A stretch of DNA of 64,000 nucleotides from Flaccisagitta enflata (taxonomy: Eukaryota): assembly GCA_965153355.1 (NCBI GenBank), contig OZ231126.1, positions 47,182,001 to 47,246,000 on the forward strand. The letters run 5' to 3'. The position numbers and the translations under genes are program-made. This document shows, piece after piece, positions 23,110 through 36,716 of this stretch. Every line of letters begins with the position of its first letter. Positions within the stretch are counted from its first letter, which is position 1. The notes beneath the pieces are model-generated. The model searched no databases and was not told where the DNA came from. It was given only the letters and a program-made list of their open reading frames with translations.

Positions 23110-23892
23110 AGGCAGCGGCCCCAAAGGGGCCGATGACCTATGCTTTCACACATATGGGAAACTTTCTCCTCTTCCTCCTCCTTCTCCGTCCCCCCTGACT
23201 TTGAAGCCTCTATTTCAACCTCCAGCACAAATCCCCACCATAGGCCTCATATCCAAGCCTCATGGCCACAATCCCAGCATCAAGGCTCCAATCCCTGCAT
23301 CAAGGCTCCAATCCCAGCCTCCAGGCTCCAATCCCAGCCTTAGGGCTAAAATCCCGCCTCAATCCTCAAATTCTCGCCAGGCATAGGCCATCGGCCCCTT
23401 TGGGGCTGCTGCCCCTCTCACCTTCACATCTAACATTCATTACAGACAGGACCCTAATAAGAACTGAGGAGGGACCCAAAGTTTAGCAGCCCCCCCTTCA
23501 GCTTACATGGCTCAGGCAAATTTCTTACTTTAAGTAGCGGTTGACACCTCAGGTTGATACAATTAGCGCCACCATAGCGATTTTTAAATTTTAACTTAAA
23601 ACACCCTTAAATTTAGTTAAATCACCCAAATTTGCCCAAATGAAATAAAACCATTTTTTTCATCAATTTCAAAAATTTGGGGATGTTCTAGGTAGAAATT
23701 CAAAAATCGCCATGATAGCGCTAATTGTATCCACCTGAAGTGTCAACCACCACAGAAAATAAGAAAATTGCTTGAGCCATGTAAACTGTAGGGGGGCTGC
23801 TAATCGTTAGGTCCCTCCTCAGTTCTTATTAAGGTTCTGTCTGTAACTTAGGGGCAACGGGTACCGCTGACCATCTGACGCTTTTCCGACTA
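23110..23892 (+). mobile_element. GGGCAGCGGCCCC HINE-like element interrupted by a MITE at 23443-23843
   Basis: Same 5' and 3' sequence as the intact copy at 35638-36405; the host resumes with taggggcaacgggtaccgctgacc after the insert. Confidence 0.8.
23443..23843. mobile_element. TA-flanked palindromic MITE (CAGAC(A/G)GGACC family)
   Basis: cagacaggaccctaataagaactgaggagggacc ... ggtccctcctcagttcttattaaggttctgtctg; relative at 52767-53171. Confidence 0.85.
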
Positions 23893-25887
23893 TTGAATAT
23901 ATTTGACAATTTTTTTGAGGAACAATGGGTTCAATCGACGTGAAGATGAGAAGCTACCTACTCAGTGGTGGCCGACGGTTGTCTCCCTTAAATGTCTGAT
24001 CATTTCTAAGTAGCTCAGTCGCCTAGCTAGCAAGATGAATACAATGATATCAATGGTCCCCAGATGTTGCAATATACACTTGATCAGAATCTAGAAAGGA
24101 AAAAGAAAATCTTTTTCACCCAAGGCACTGAGAGCAGAAAAATTTAAATGTCAGCTCCGTGCCTTCCGAGATCCGTCTCCGTTCCGAGGTTTTACAATTT
24201 GGCTCGATTTCTGAAATCTCGAAAATGTCAATTTTCATCAAATTCCTTTCCTTTTCCTCTGGGTAATAAATGTTTCTCTCAATTACAATTCAGAGAAACG
24301 GAGAGTGGGTAATAAAAGCTTCTCTCAATTACAATTCAGAGAAGCGGAGAGGCTCAGATGAGCAACCAAACAAGTTATACGGAATTGAAAAACGTCTCTT
24401 TGGAAACAATTTCTTTTACTGTACAATCGTAAAAAGTTCTGCAAAGCAAATTTTGTTCCTAATAACGGGATTTAAGCGTGAAAGCGTGAAATAAGAAAGA
24501 CTGGCGCAGAATTACTTGCTTTAAACAATGTATCATCTCATCGTAGGAAAATATTTTTGATAGAAAAATGTTGCTAAAAACCGGGGTTGATTTCATGGAT
24601 GCGTCCCCTTGAAAGTGACAGTAAATTCATGTAACTGTCCAACAATTTTTGCATCTGCAACACTCTTTTATAATATGAAAGGCATACTTCCAGGTGGCTC
24701 AGTAAGAGGAAGTTTTGAGTCGCTTAAAGGTTTCAAGATACTTCTGTTAAAATTTCATCTATCGGATCAATTAGAAGTATGTGTCTCATTGTCGAACATC
24801 AAGGGTTGCAGGTGCAATAACTGCTGGACAGGTGTTAGGAGCTATCTTTATGTCCGATTAATTTGTCCATCGTCAAGTCCAGTCATCAGTCACATCGACA
24901 TCATGTAAATATCTTATGCCTGTGTGTGATCATACGAGAACTTTTTTCCATACAATCTACTAATCAAACAATCATTATCATCAAAATAGTCATTCCAATT
25001 TATACACTTAAGGAAGACGCATCCAAGCCATGTTATGGCCATGTTACGTTGCCTATATCAAATACAAGCCCAGGAAGAGCAAAGAACAAAGCGATCTTAA
25101 TGGAAATGAAGGAAACCGCTATTGCATCATGGAACCGACAATTATGCGACATGATATGTAAGATAACAGATATGATGACATGATGTTGAACACTGTCTAC
25201 TCTTAGTGAATCATCATTTGGCAAACTCCATGTCAAACCGAGCTGATTTTCAGCCCATTCATGCATCGGAGACAGTTGGGATTTGGTGGACATGGTATTT
25301 CCACAATTAAATTATGATCACATGTGAGTTTAACAGACAACGTACCCAAAAGTTGATAATTTGACACAGTTTTCAGAGCCTCGAAAGAAAATACATGAAT
25401 GAAACGAAAACATAGTATCAAAGCATACATAACCTAATAGGTTGAATTCTTCATAAACAGGAAAAAGGATGCAAGCACGGTTTCCCTCCTTTGTTTAAAC
25501 GAGAACGATGCATTCAGAACATGCGCACCGTCCGGCATCCTCTCTCCTCACTCATGAACAACTAATGATTAAAGCTTCAACAAAGAGCTAGAAAATAGGG
25601 GATGATTCTGAGGCCCAAAATTTACAATCATGCTAGATTCAAGCACCGGGCCAACACTTGCTCCACGGAATGACGCTTGGAAATGAGTATCTTACAACCA
25701 ATTAGCAACCAATCGAGTCAAAGATTGGAGAAAACCTCGGCTCTAGAGACTTAAAGAAAGATTACCTGTCCCAGGCAGTGGGTTCAAAGGAGACAAGATG
25801 ATCACGAACGCCGTTTGAGTCTAGAGGGTAAATTGAAAGCTACATGGGTAAGGTTATCGTGACAAAGATCATTGCATCAGCTGAGCT

Positions 25888-28800
25888 CTAGTATTTCTCC
25901 AACTTTTTTCCTTTTTTTCCGCCTTTCAGTTTCTTTGGATCGTTGTGCTTCTTGGGCTCAACCGCTTCTCCCCAAGGCCCTCGGCTGACGTGCTTCTTTT
26001 TCTTGCCAACCCTATCGCTCTCTACCGTACTAACGCTCACTTCACTGGGCGCGGAGCCTCGTTTCGCCGCGCCAATCGCACCACCGGGTTTCACCGCGGC
26101 TACTCCACGACCGCCAGACTTGCCGACGTCGCCTCTTCCTTTCTTGCCGGTCGCGTCAACTTCATCTGCCTTGTCCGTCGACGTTGACGTCGAAGAGCTT
26201 TGATGCGAGGATGACGTTTGACTCATCTCTTCGTTGTAAAGAGCGTCGATCATCGAAGGTTTTCGATGTTTCTTGTTCTTCATCGTGTACCACATGACGG
26301 AATCATACCATCCGCTCTTCTTAGCCGCCGTCTTCACAGGATCCTCTTTCACATCCTTGCCGTTAGCCGCCTGATCCTTCGGGTGGACACCGCGGCCCTT
26401 ATGCTTCTTGTCATACAACGCAGTGTAGTCGACTGTGATTTTGCCCTTGTTTTTCTGAGCCATTTGAGGTGGCGGCTTCTCGCCCGCCGCGGGACCCGCC
26501 GCCGTATCGTTGCAGCAGGAGAAACGTCCTTTCTGATTGTGACAGAGGCAGTAAATAAGACAAGCGACGATGATGGCAACGGCGATGACGCTGGCGGCGA
26601 CGATGCCGCCGAATGTCCAATATCCCATCGAAAAAAGTGAGGTCCAAAAGGTAGCGCAAGGACCGCTTTCGGCATCCTCGTCACTAAAAAGGACAAAGAA
26701 TGGTCGGAAACGGGAAAAGTAGTGACTCGCATCGGAATCATTTTACTTTCAAAATTGCCAAATGTTACAACAGACTTCCAAATTTATCTTTTGCACACTA
26801 TTTCAATAATTATTTCATACATCAACAATATCGTACTTTGAAGCATTTCATTTATCAAAAATCTTACGTGGTATACTATCATCTTCATGTCCATAAGTAA
26901 GGGTACAAAACGACCAAAAAGATGATACAGCAATTGATCAACATCACACTCATATACCTGTAATCATTCCATCAATGTCGTTACCTAACTTATCATCATC
27001 ATCATCATCATCGTAGCCGCTATCATCATCGAAAATGTAGGCATTAATATAATGTTGTTGTTGCATTACTGGAATCTGAATATTAACAGAACATATGTTG
27101 CATTTGAGTGCTTCAGATAGCAAAAGTTGGTTACTTCTTTTCACCCTGTTTTCTTAATATGGAGTGGCCAAATTTAAAACCCCAATCATTTCTCTTTAAT
27201 CAAAAATCGTTCATCTTCCGTTCTTTGAAAAATTGTTTTTGAAGTTCTAATTTGAATTAACTTTTACAAATTTTTGCTCTACAAAGAACTGTTAATTTGC
27301 CTTTTCATGAGCTCTTTCATAGCTTATATTTTTACATCTTAGTTTATTTTTACAAATATCATGATTTCTTAAAATAAATATCCCTAATGTAATAAAACTA
27401 TACAGGATTTTGCTGAATTCAGGGAAATCTATAGAAACTTCAGGGCCAAAACAAAAACAGAAGATGAAGAATTTAAAAAAAAAAAAAGGTCATCTTCATG
27501 ATTTTTGCTTCTCCATATTACCTAAGTAAGGTGAAGGGATACTCCCAACTTTTGCTATTTGAAGCACCCAAATGTTGCATCACGTTCGGCTTCACATATC
27601 GATGAAGGAGAGGCAATTGCCTTCATATTTGTCGTGATTGCTATCAAATCCCGGTCAAGTCTAACATAAGCCGTGCTTTCAACCCAACCTCCCTAGATAA
27701 TTTTCCAGACCTCCAACCAGAGTCAAGTAACCCTTCCCTGGGCCACAACTGCGGGGCAAATTCTTTCACCTACGTCAAAGAACCTGGCGCAGGACTAAAA
27801 CCTCCATCAAAAGAGCCAAAGACGGGCTTGCATTCACTGAGCTAGCCTACCCCCTCCCTCTTTTAAAATCATCGTCATAGTCATAGACTCATAGTCCTTT
27901 TAGTCACCATCGTTTTTTCCATCAGCGTCGATGTCGAAATTAACAGCCTACAAATTTTCCCCATTCTTCCCCCCTTTTTTTCAACTATCTGTATTTTCCT
28001 GTCTGTATTTTTGCAGTTTCTCATCACAGTCAAAATCATGTTTCTTTTACAATTTTACAATTACAATTATCAAGTTAAAAACAATTAACCTCCCCTGATA
28101 CTATAGCTTCAAACCACTATGTCTCTTCCTTTACTAAACTGCCTCTCTCCTTCAATGATGTCCACTGCAATCAACCCTACCTGCTATGACCTGCAAACCA
28201 GTAAGACCTTGCAATAAACCAACACATTCAGAACAGGGCCATAAAGAATAAACATTGATCATTTGGAAAAAAACTCAAAATCTCAATCAAAACAAACCTA
28301 TGAAAACTTTTACTGACTCACTTGGTTGAGTTGAAAATGTTTAGATTTATAAAACAAAAACTTATGCCTTTTGATCATTTTTAAAATCAATATTTTTATT
28401 CCTAAAAAAAAAAATTTATTTTAATTGATCTAATTTTAAGTCATCACTTCTAAGTTATCTGCGATCAGTGCGTTGCAGTATTTCACCCCTTTTAACACTC
28501 TTCAGGGAAAAAAATCAAAACCAAAGGGGGGAGATATTTCCTAAAAAGGCCGCGAAATTAAAGGTCTGCAATGTAAGCGTCGTCTTTGTGATCAAACCTG
28601 ATCATCATCATCATGCATCAGTATATCACTATCAATATCACCATCAGTATCATCATTCGGATCATCATAAACATCGGTGTCATTGTCATCATCATCAGTA
28701 TCATCATCATCATCGTTACTATCACTAAATTATTATCAATGTCGGCATCGTCATCAGCATCGTCATCATTATTAATGCTCACTACTCTAAAGGCCGCTAG

Positions 28801-29229
28801 GCATCACTCCGATAATCATTCACCTGCCGTCCTCGCAATTGTCCCATCCATCGCACATGAGCGACTTCCGGATGCAGTGTCCATTCCTACACCGGAATGA
28901 ATCTGCGTCGCAGTCGCTCGTATGGAAGGCGGAATAGATGAGCGAGAAACCATCAGCCGTGTTGCCTTGAATGTGATTGCGATTGTAACTTTGGAAGACG
29001 ATCCTGACGAAGCGATCGGTAGACCGCATGACCTGTAACAAGATGAGCGGCAAGCGTTTGAAAGTCAATAGTTTTTTAGGTCTGACATGCAGTGACATCT
29101 GGACGTGAACAAGCTACACATTCAAACATATACGTGCATATGAAGTATCATTCAAAAGAACTTGCATACAGTCATATACAGTTTTTCGGTTTTCCACAGG
29201 CTGATTGTTGAGAGAAAGAGAGAGGGAGA

Positions 29230-29309
<80 letters not shown>

Positions 29310-30140
29310 AAGAGAGAGAAAGAGAGGAAGATTTCAAAACTCACACGTACAGCCCTGCCCCTTGATAACGGCCCCAAGGGGACCCTTCAAATTTGTCCCT
29401 TATTGCGGGGCACCGTTATTGTGAAAAGCTATTTGGCTAGCTGATTGTTTATACCATAGCAGCTAATACTTCCTTATCATATTGGTGTTCACATCCTTAT
29501 CAACCCCACACACACTTGCACGGACAGTCACAATTTCACTTTTCAACTCGATCACCATAAAGGACTAACAGACAGATGGATGGACCAATTGGTGAAGCGA
29601 CAGATGGATGGTTAAAGCATCTCCGCAACTAAAAACATGAATGTGCCATTAAATCATTAAAGTGAGACAGTCCAAAGTAAAGCACAGTCCCTATATCCAG
29701 ACTAGACAATAGATGTGTGTAAAATTCTTTAATTACTTTTGCCATATTCAACAAATAGTCTTTTTTTAGTCGCTGCCTAAGCGACTCTATAAGAGGGTGT
29801 GTCCCTTGGTCTGAATGTCTGAATGTCTGAGTGTCCGTAACGCGAAAATTTTGATGATGTGAAATCGACTGAAAAACGGATTTCTGACCATCACAGCCCC
29901 TGCCTGGCGTCAATACAGCCCACGCCCACTCATATACTGCCCCTGCCCACTCGCATCACTGCCCCTGCCCACCAGCAGCGACTAAGGATTGGCCGTGTAT
30001 CCAGCCTTGTTCATGTTATGGTAACAATCAGGAATGAGTTGGTTGCTATCAATTGCTTCTGGTGAATTTCTTTCTCTCTCTCTCTCTCCCCCTTTCTCTC
30101 TTTCTCTTTCTCTTTCTTTCTCTCTTTCTCTCTTTCTCTC

Positions 30141-30215
<75 letters not shown>

Positions 30216-30833
30216 CCCCTGGACCATAGTCAGTTTGCCGCTAACAAAGAGCTTAGGGTCATTTGGGCCCAAAATATTTGACCGATATAGGCGATTCACC
30301 GCTAAAGGCGTGGCCGTTATCTAGGGGCAATTTAGCATAACAAAAGGCCAGAAAAATTTGGGACCACAGCTTGTTATACACTAAAGGCGGGTAACCGTTA
30401 ACGGCGTTGTCAAGGAAGCGGGGTTCCACTGTAGTCTCATTTAAACACATATACCAATAAATATACGGAAAAAAGTCGTAAATCAGAGTTTTTGTTTCTG
30501 TGCATGCTCTTTTGTGTTTGGTTGACTGCTCGTCTGTTTTTGTCATTCAATCTCTGTCTTCTGTGTCTCTTTTTCCTCTTAGTCTTTAAGTGTGTTTGTG
30601 TGTGAATGTGTGTGTGTGTGTTTCCTCTTAGTCTTTAAGTGTGTGTGTGTGTGTGTGTGTGTGCGAATGTGTGTGTGTGTGTGAGTGAGTTTGTGTGAGT
30701 GAGTGAGTTTGTGTGAGTGAGTGAGTGAGTGAGTTTGTGACTGTGTGAGTGAGTGAGTGAGTGAGTTTGTGTGAGTGAGTGAGTTTGAGTGAGTTTGTGT
30801 GAGTGAGTGAGTGAGTGAGTGAGTGAGTGAGTG

Positions 30834-30915
<82 letters not shown>

Positions 30916-32116
30916 GCAGATTATAATGTCAGAGCTAGCGTCATAAAAATTGGAGTCAATAGTAACAGATTTATTTTTTCTTATTGTTACATAAAACTGA
31001 AAATTGGGATCAATGAAAAAAATCGATTTTTCAAAAATGCAAAAAAATAAAAAATTCATAACGCCAAAATTATTGATCATAGAAACTTCTGGTTGGCGCC
31101 ATTTGAAAGAGAAAAACTAGCTCTTTCTTAGCTTTGAATATTAAAAAAATATAAACTCCCAACCCCAAAAAAACAAAAATGGAGAACTTTTTTTCTCCCT
31201 TACGTTTCAAAAAGTCGAATTACGTAATTCGACTTTTTTCCAACAAGAACATTTAATTATACGTCACAGACGCACACACTCCCCAACTCCCGCACACTCC
31301 GAACCCCCCCCTTCCCAGACACACACACACGTGATGGGACATGACCCCGCGTTTTTCTGTGCACGAGTAGCTTCTGACCACGAGTAGCTTCTGACTCACC
31401 TCACTAGGTGCCTTGTGACCACAAATGCCGGTCGGTGGTGTGAGCAAAATAGCGTCGTCTTCCTTTCCGTCGTAGACGTATATACGATCATCGCACTCCA
31501 TTGTTTCTTCTTTGTCAAACAAATCCATCTTAGCCCAACGAAGAAGGAGACGTTGACGAGGCGGCGACATGATGGTCACGCTGCACCGAACGTCTTCGTT
31601 ATATGGCCACTTGCGAGTTAGCTCCAGTCTTCCTTTGCTCACTTCTCCGACTCCGATTATCTCATCACAATTTTCGTCCATATACTCTGTCGGCATGACT
31701 GTGTTTCCTACTTTACTTCCTATGAGCGACGCCGAGAGCACCGAGGACGATAACTGTAGCAGAGTCAACGTCATCGACGTCACGATGAGCAAAGAGCCGA
31801 GTGGAGAGGAGTAACGAGGTTGGGGAGGGCGGGACGAGATGGCGGGCGGAAAGACGTCGCGTCTATCACGAAACCTGAAGGTCTTTTTCCGCGAGGTTGC
31901 GAACGCTCCGTTTGCTAGTCGTAAAGTCCTTTGTTCTTTAGCACCAGCTAAATAAGAATTGTTGTTAGGACGCATTCTTGAGAAGTTGTTAATATGACTA
32001 GAAGACTGAAGCGGTTTTCCACAGCATGAGCGGCTGAGGTGCCCATCGACCTCGTATTTGCGGTCATAGTTAACCATGAGCGCACAACCAGTGCGCAGAG
32101 CGTGATGGGAGCACAT
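25888..32116 (-). CDS. Single-pass membrane protein with CUB and LDL-receptor class A domains. Exons 32116 (start uncertain)-31400, 29032-28824, 26683-25888
   Basis: CUB-like YNEDVRCSVTIMSPP..ECDDRIYVYDG..GICG..RFVRIVFQS..GFSLIYSAF; LDLa [32 protein letters not shown] completed across the splice junction; TM segment GGIVAASVIAVAIIVACLIYCLC; Lys-rich cytoplasmic tail. Confidence 0.85.
27095..27580. mobile_element. Inverted-repeat MITE, second copy at about 51640-52178
   Basis: catttgagtgcttcagatagcaaaagttgg ... ccaacttttgctatttgaagcacccaaatg; internal sequence is colinear with the 51.6-52.2 kb copy. Confidence 0.75.
29768..30010 (+). mobile_element. HINE-like element
   Basis: agtcgctgcctaagcgact palindrome, cagcgact subterminal repeat, ggccgtgtatccagcc hairpin. 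Confidence 0.75.
30465..31242. mobile_element. Microsatellite-carrying dispersed repeat bounded by ggaaaaaagtcg ... cgacttttttcc
   Basis: Inverted terminal motif, internal (GT)n/(GAGT)n/(CT)n; related copy at about 16598-19019. Confidence 0.7.
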
Positions 32117-32309
32117 GTCGCCAACGACGGGACAGTTTGTTTTTTATTGGCGGGGAAGGAGAATAATTGACTAAAATTCTTTCTATTGGACGGACGATTG
32201 AGTAGTTCACCCGTACCTCGTCAATCCTGACAGAAAGCAGAAAGGCAAAACTACACAAATTTAGTGTGATTACACTTGACACGGAACAAATGTCAGATTC
32301 CGCTTTTTT

Positions 32310-32446
32310 AGTTGCGGACACGCAACTCTATAAGAGACTTTGTCCGTCCGTCCGTCCGTCCGTCACCATCGAGTCGAAAAGTGGGAAAACCCGTATTTCC
32401 GCCCCTGCCCACCCGTCCGCAACTGATGGCCGTGTATCCGGCCTTG
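32310..32446 (+). mobile_element. HINE/DINE-1-like element (AGTTGCGGAC family); an inverted relative follows at about 32487-32617
   Basis: Near-identical to 16121-16271. Confidence 0.85.
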
Positions 32447-33535
32447 TTTTCATGATAAAAGATAACCTCTTTTCTTTAAGATGACGAACAAGCCCAGATA
32501 CACGGCCAATACCAGTCGCGGACGGGTGTGCAGGGACGGGATCGCGTGTTTTCACTCTTTTCTAACTCAATGACCCCGGACCAACGGACCAACTTACAGA
32601 GTCTTTAGTCTGCGACCAAAAAGAAAGAAGCGTAGAAAGAAGACGAGGATCACATGTTGAGGTTCGGAATTCAATTTTCAATTCAGAATAAATTGTAAAA
32701 GGGATTTAAGATGGAATGAAAAGGAAGTCAAGCGAGCATCGACAGAGAAAATGAATCTCAAAAGAGATCGCAAGAGAAATTCACTCCACAGAAGACACAC
32801 ATATACCTCGTTCTCCAAATCCTTTTCTTTTCCGTGCCAAGCAAAATCAGGCCCCTTGCCTTCCTTGTCGCTCCATCAACGAGACACCAAGATCGGTGCC
32901 CCGATGCTCGATAACGAAACAGCCGCGGGCTTTCGATTAAAAGAAGCAACTACCAAGTGCATTATGGAGAGTGGCTGGAACTTGAGGGAAACCTGTGACA
33001 AAATGACAGAACAATTTGAAGGCTTACGGTCAAAATTTGAAGGGTGTTGGGAGTGATATGTAGATGCCCTCAAGTCAACAAACAATTGTGTCGTCTCAGC
33101 CGTCGACTAAGTTAAGCATTGTTAGAGATGTGCAAAAGCATTTTAATGGACCATCAATAATCTTCAATAAACATTACAGTAGGACTAACAGAAAACTGAC
33201 TATAAATATAATGGATGAAAATTGTTGGCCCATAGATATCCGTTATTGCGGGCTTCAACTTTTCTTCATTTCATTGTTTCAGACTGATCTCGATTCAATT
33301 TGAAAAGACCTCCATTAGAGCACCTTCACTTTGAATTCGCAAGAAAAACTCACCAAAACAAATAATTCCAACTGAGAATGAAGAGCCGAGTTTTCTTGGA
33401 TGAAGAATAGATGGTTGTGTGCCAAACGCGAAGGAGAAGAAGAAGCAAAGAGGAGAAATCCTGATGAACGGAATGAATGTAGTCGTGATGGCACAAAATT
33501 ATTCAAAAAGACGTTGTAACAAGATGAAAAATAAT

Positions 33536-33592
<57 letters not shown>

Positions 33593-33981
33593 TAGAGGGT
33601 CTATCCACTGAATCACGAATTCTGGTCTGGAAATAAGGCCAGTCAGGGCCTATTCCACTGAAGCGCTACTTAGTGATTCTGGTCTGGAAATAATGCCAGT
33701 CAAGGCCTATTCCACTGAAGCACTACTTAGTGCTTCAGTGGAATTGGAATTCGTGCTTCAGTGGATTGACACTTTACTTATTTTTATACTGAAATGAAAA
33801 AAAAAATCATGCAATTTTCTTTGATTTAGTGCAAATATTTCAGTGAAATAAGAAATTCATTTGATTTCTTTAAATTAAAAAAAAATTTTTTTCCCTTTGT
33901 CACTTTCGAATTTCTCCAACTTTTTTCTTTTGAAACTTGTTTTTTTTTCCTAATATATAAATTTATGTCTTTTTGAAGGAA

Positions 33982-34127
33982 ACAAGGCCGGATACACGGC
34001 CACCAGTTGCGGACGGGTGGGCAGGGGCGGAAATGCGCGTTTTCCCATTTTTCAACTCGTGCTTACGGACCGACCAACCAACGGACGGACGGATGGACAA
34101 AGCCTCTTATAGAGTTGCGTGTCCGAC
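33982..34127 (-). mobile_element. HINE/DINE-1-like element (AGTTGCGGAC family)
   Basis: Reverse complement of the 16121 family. Confidence 0.8.
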
Positions 34128-34613
34128 ACTACAAAGGTTTTCTAACATGCAATGTTTTTTTCAATTGATAAAGACTTAGTTAATGTTGAAAAAATGTTTT
34201 TTTTTGGATAGTAACATTCACTAAGTGTTAAGGTGTTAAGGTAAAGAGAAATAAAAGGATGTGAAATGGAAACAGGGTATTTATTGATTTTTTTCAAATA
34301 AAAACGATTACTTTAACTATCTTTCTCTACTGTGACAGATCCAGTTATGTCCAATTCCACTGAAGGACAAATTACAAAAAACTTTAGTTATTTTGGATTC
34401 CACTAAAGCACTAGGGTGTGCTAAAGTCTAAGCCGGATTGACAAGGCACGGGGCCCTAAGCTAGGCTAAGGGCGCGGGGCCCCTAACACCCCCTCTTTGC
34501 CCCCCCTGCTAACTCCTTCTTTACCCCCCCTCTAGTTAACTCAATAACTCAAAACCAGTCAACTAAAATTTTATCTAGCATGTGCAACTTCCCATCTGCT
34601 TAAAACTTATATA

Positions 34614-35224
34614 CAGTGCGGCGCAAAAATAAGTTTCAGGTTTTGTCACAAGTCTTTTGTATGTTCCATAGCAGATAAGAACCTTTTATCAGTGAGATTA
34701 TTAAAGGATATTTAGTTTTCTTTAATTTAGGACCAATCCCATATTTCTAGCTCTTTTTGTTTAGGCGTAACATTGATTTGAAGTAGTACATACAAAATTA
34801 CCTTGGGAAAAACGGCAAAAAATGATGCTATTTTCATTGCTTGAAAACATGACTGATTTACTTCAAACTAATGTCATTTGAAAAGGAATCAAGCTATAAA
34901 GTTCTGCTTGCTCTAGATTTGTAGATTTTTTGAAGATCTTTAAAAAGCTCATGGATATGATGCATGAATCATAATTCTTTTTTAGTCTATTAAAGAAAAA
35001 CAAGGTCTAAGATGTGTTTCATCAATAGTTAGTACTGGTTAATTATATCCCTTCTTTGAACTTGTATAACTTTTTTACAAATTAAGTTACAATAATGTGA
35101 TTGGACTAGATTTGTAGAATTTTTGAAGATGTTTAAATATATCATGGATTTTAATTGTCTAAACTCACTACTTTTAAAATATTTGCTTACTAAACTGATT
35201 GAAACTTATTTTTGCGCCGCACTG
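34614..35224. mobile_element. Tc1/mariner-type MITE
   Basis: Perfect TIR cagtgcggcgcaaaaataagtttca ... tgaaacttatttttgcgccgcactg with TA flanks. Confidence 0.92.
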
Positions 35225-35437
35225 TATTTTGTTGAATTATACATTCACCAAACAAATCAGATATAAATCTTGTCGATCCAAAGAAAACAAATGATCCTCA
35301 TTTTTATTTCTTTTTTTATTCTCTCTTTCTTCTTTTTTTTCAATTGTTTTTTCCCCTTTTCTTCTTTTCCTTTTTTTCCAGGGGTGGGTGCTGCAGGCGC
35401 GGGGACCCCCTGGGGCCCTAAGCTATAGTTAAATTTT

Positions 35438-36716
35438 GGGCAGCGGCCCCGAAGGGGACGAAGTCCTTTAGAACACGGGGGGACTTTCATTTGTCATTCT
35501 GTCTGTCCGTTCATCCCCCCCAGGCCCTCTCAGGCCTGAAATCTGCCCTCTCAGGCCTGAAATCTGCCCTCTCAGGCCTGAAATTTACCCTCTCAGGCCT
35601 GAAATCTGCGCTTTCAAGCCTTGAATCTGCCCTTTTTGGGCAGCGGCCCCGAAGGGGCCGATGACCTATGCTTTCACACAGGAGAAATTTCTCCTTCTCC
35701 TCCTTCTCCTTCTTCGTACCCCCCCCTCCGCTTTTAGCCTCGAGACCCAAATCCCGGCCTTGAGGCCTAAATCCTAGCCTCGAAACCCAAATCCAAGCCT
35801 CAAGGTCCAAATCCAAGCCTTGAGGCCCAAATCCCAGCCTCAAGGCCCAAATCCTAGCCTCGAGGCCCAAATCTTAGCCTCGTTGCCCAAATCCCAGCAT
35901 CGAGGCCCAAATCCCAGCCTCGAGGCCCGAATCCCAGCCTCAAGGCCCGAATCCCAGCCTCGAGGCCCAAATCCCAGCCTCAAGGCCCGAATCCCAGCCT
36001 CAAGGCCCGAATCCCAGCCTCAAGGCCCGAATCCCAGCCTCAAGGCCCGAATCCCAGCCTCAAGGCCCGAATCCCAGCCTCAAGGCCCGAATCCCAGCCT
36101 CAAGGCCCGAATCCCAGCCTCAAGGCCCAAATCCCAGCCTCAAGGCCCGAATCCTAGCCTTGAGGCTCAAATCCCAATCTCTAGGCTCAAATCCCAGTCT
36201 GGAGAATCAAATTTCAGCCACAAGGCTCAAATCCCCGCCTCTGCGCTCAAATCCCAGCCTCCAGGTCCTAATTCCATCCTTGAGGCCCAAATAACAACAT
36301 AGGTCATCGGCCCCTTCGGGGCCGCTGCCCCTCTAACCACCTTACACCCACATACACTCACATAGGGGCAACGGGTACCGCTGACCATCTAACGCTTTTG
36401 CGACTATCAAGCCTGAAATCTGCCCTCTCAACCCTGAAATTTGTCCTCTCAGGCCTGAAATCTGCACTCACAAATTCAAGGCCTGAGAGGGCAGATTTCA
36501 GGCCTGAGAGGGTAAATTTCAGGCCTGAGAGGGCAGATTTTGGGCCTGAGAGGGCCTGGGGGAATGGGCGGATAGACAGACGGATGGACGGAATGACAAA
36601 CGAAAGTCCCCATGTGTTCTACAGGACTTTGTCCCCTGCTTCCTCTCACTTAATTTCACAATCACGCAAAGCAGGGCCACGAGTATAACTGACAACATAT
36701 TACCCTTGGGCGACCT
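35438..36716 (+). mobile_element. GGGCAGCGGCCCC HINE-like subfamily with 21-bp repeats (ctcaggcctgaaatctgccct), containing a sister-subfamily copy at 35638-36405 with a 20-bp array (caaggcccgaatcccagcct)
   Basis: Both start gggcagcggccccgaagggg; the outer array resumes at about 36407. Confidence 0.8.

Noticed and set aside
28468-28790. His-rich and Ile-rich ORFs
   Set aside because: Degenerate (CAT)n repeat in an intron of the CUB gene
35820-36302. 160-aa RPESQPQGPNPSLKARIPAS ORF
   Set aside because: 20-bp minisatellite within a non-autonomous element
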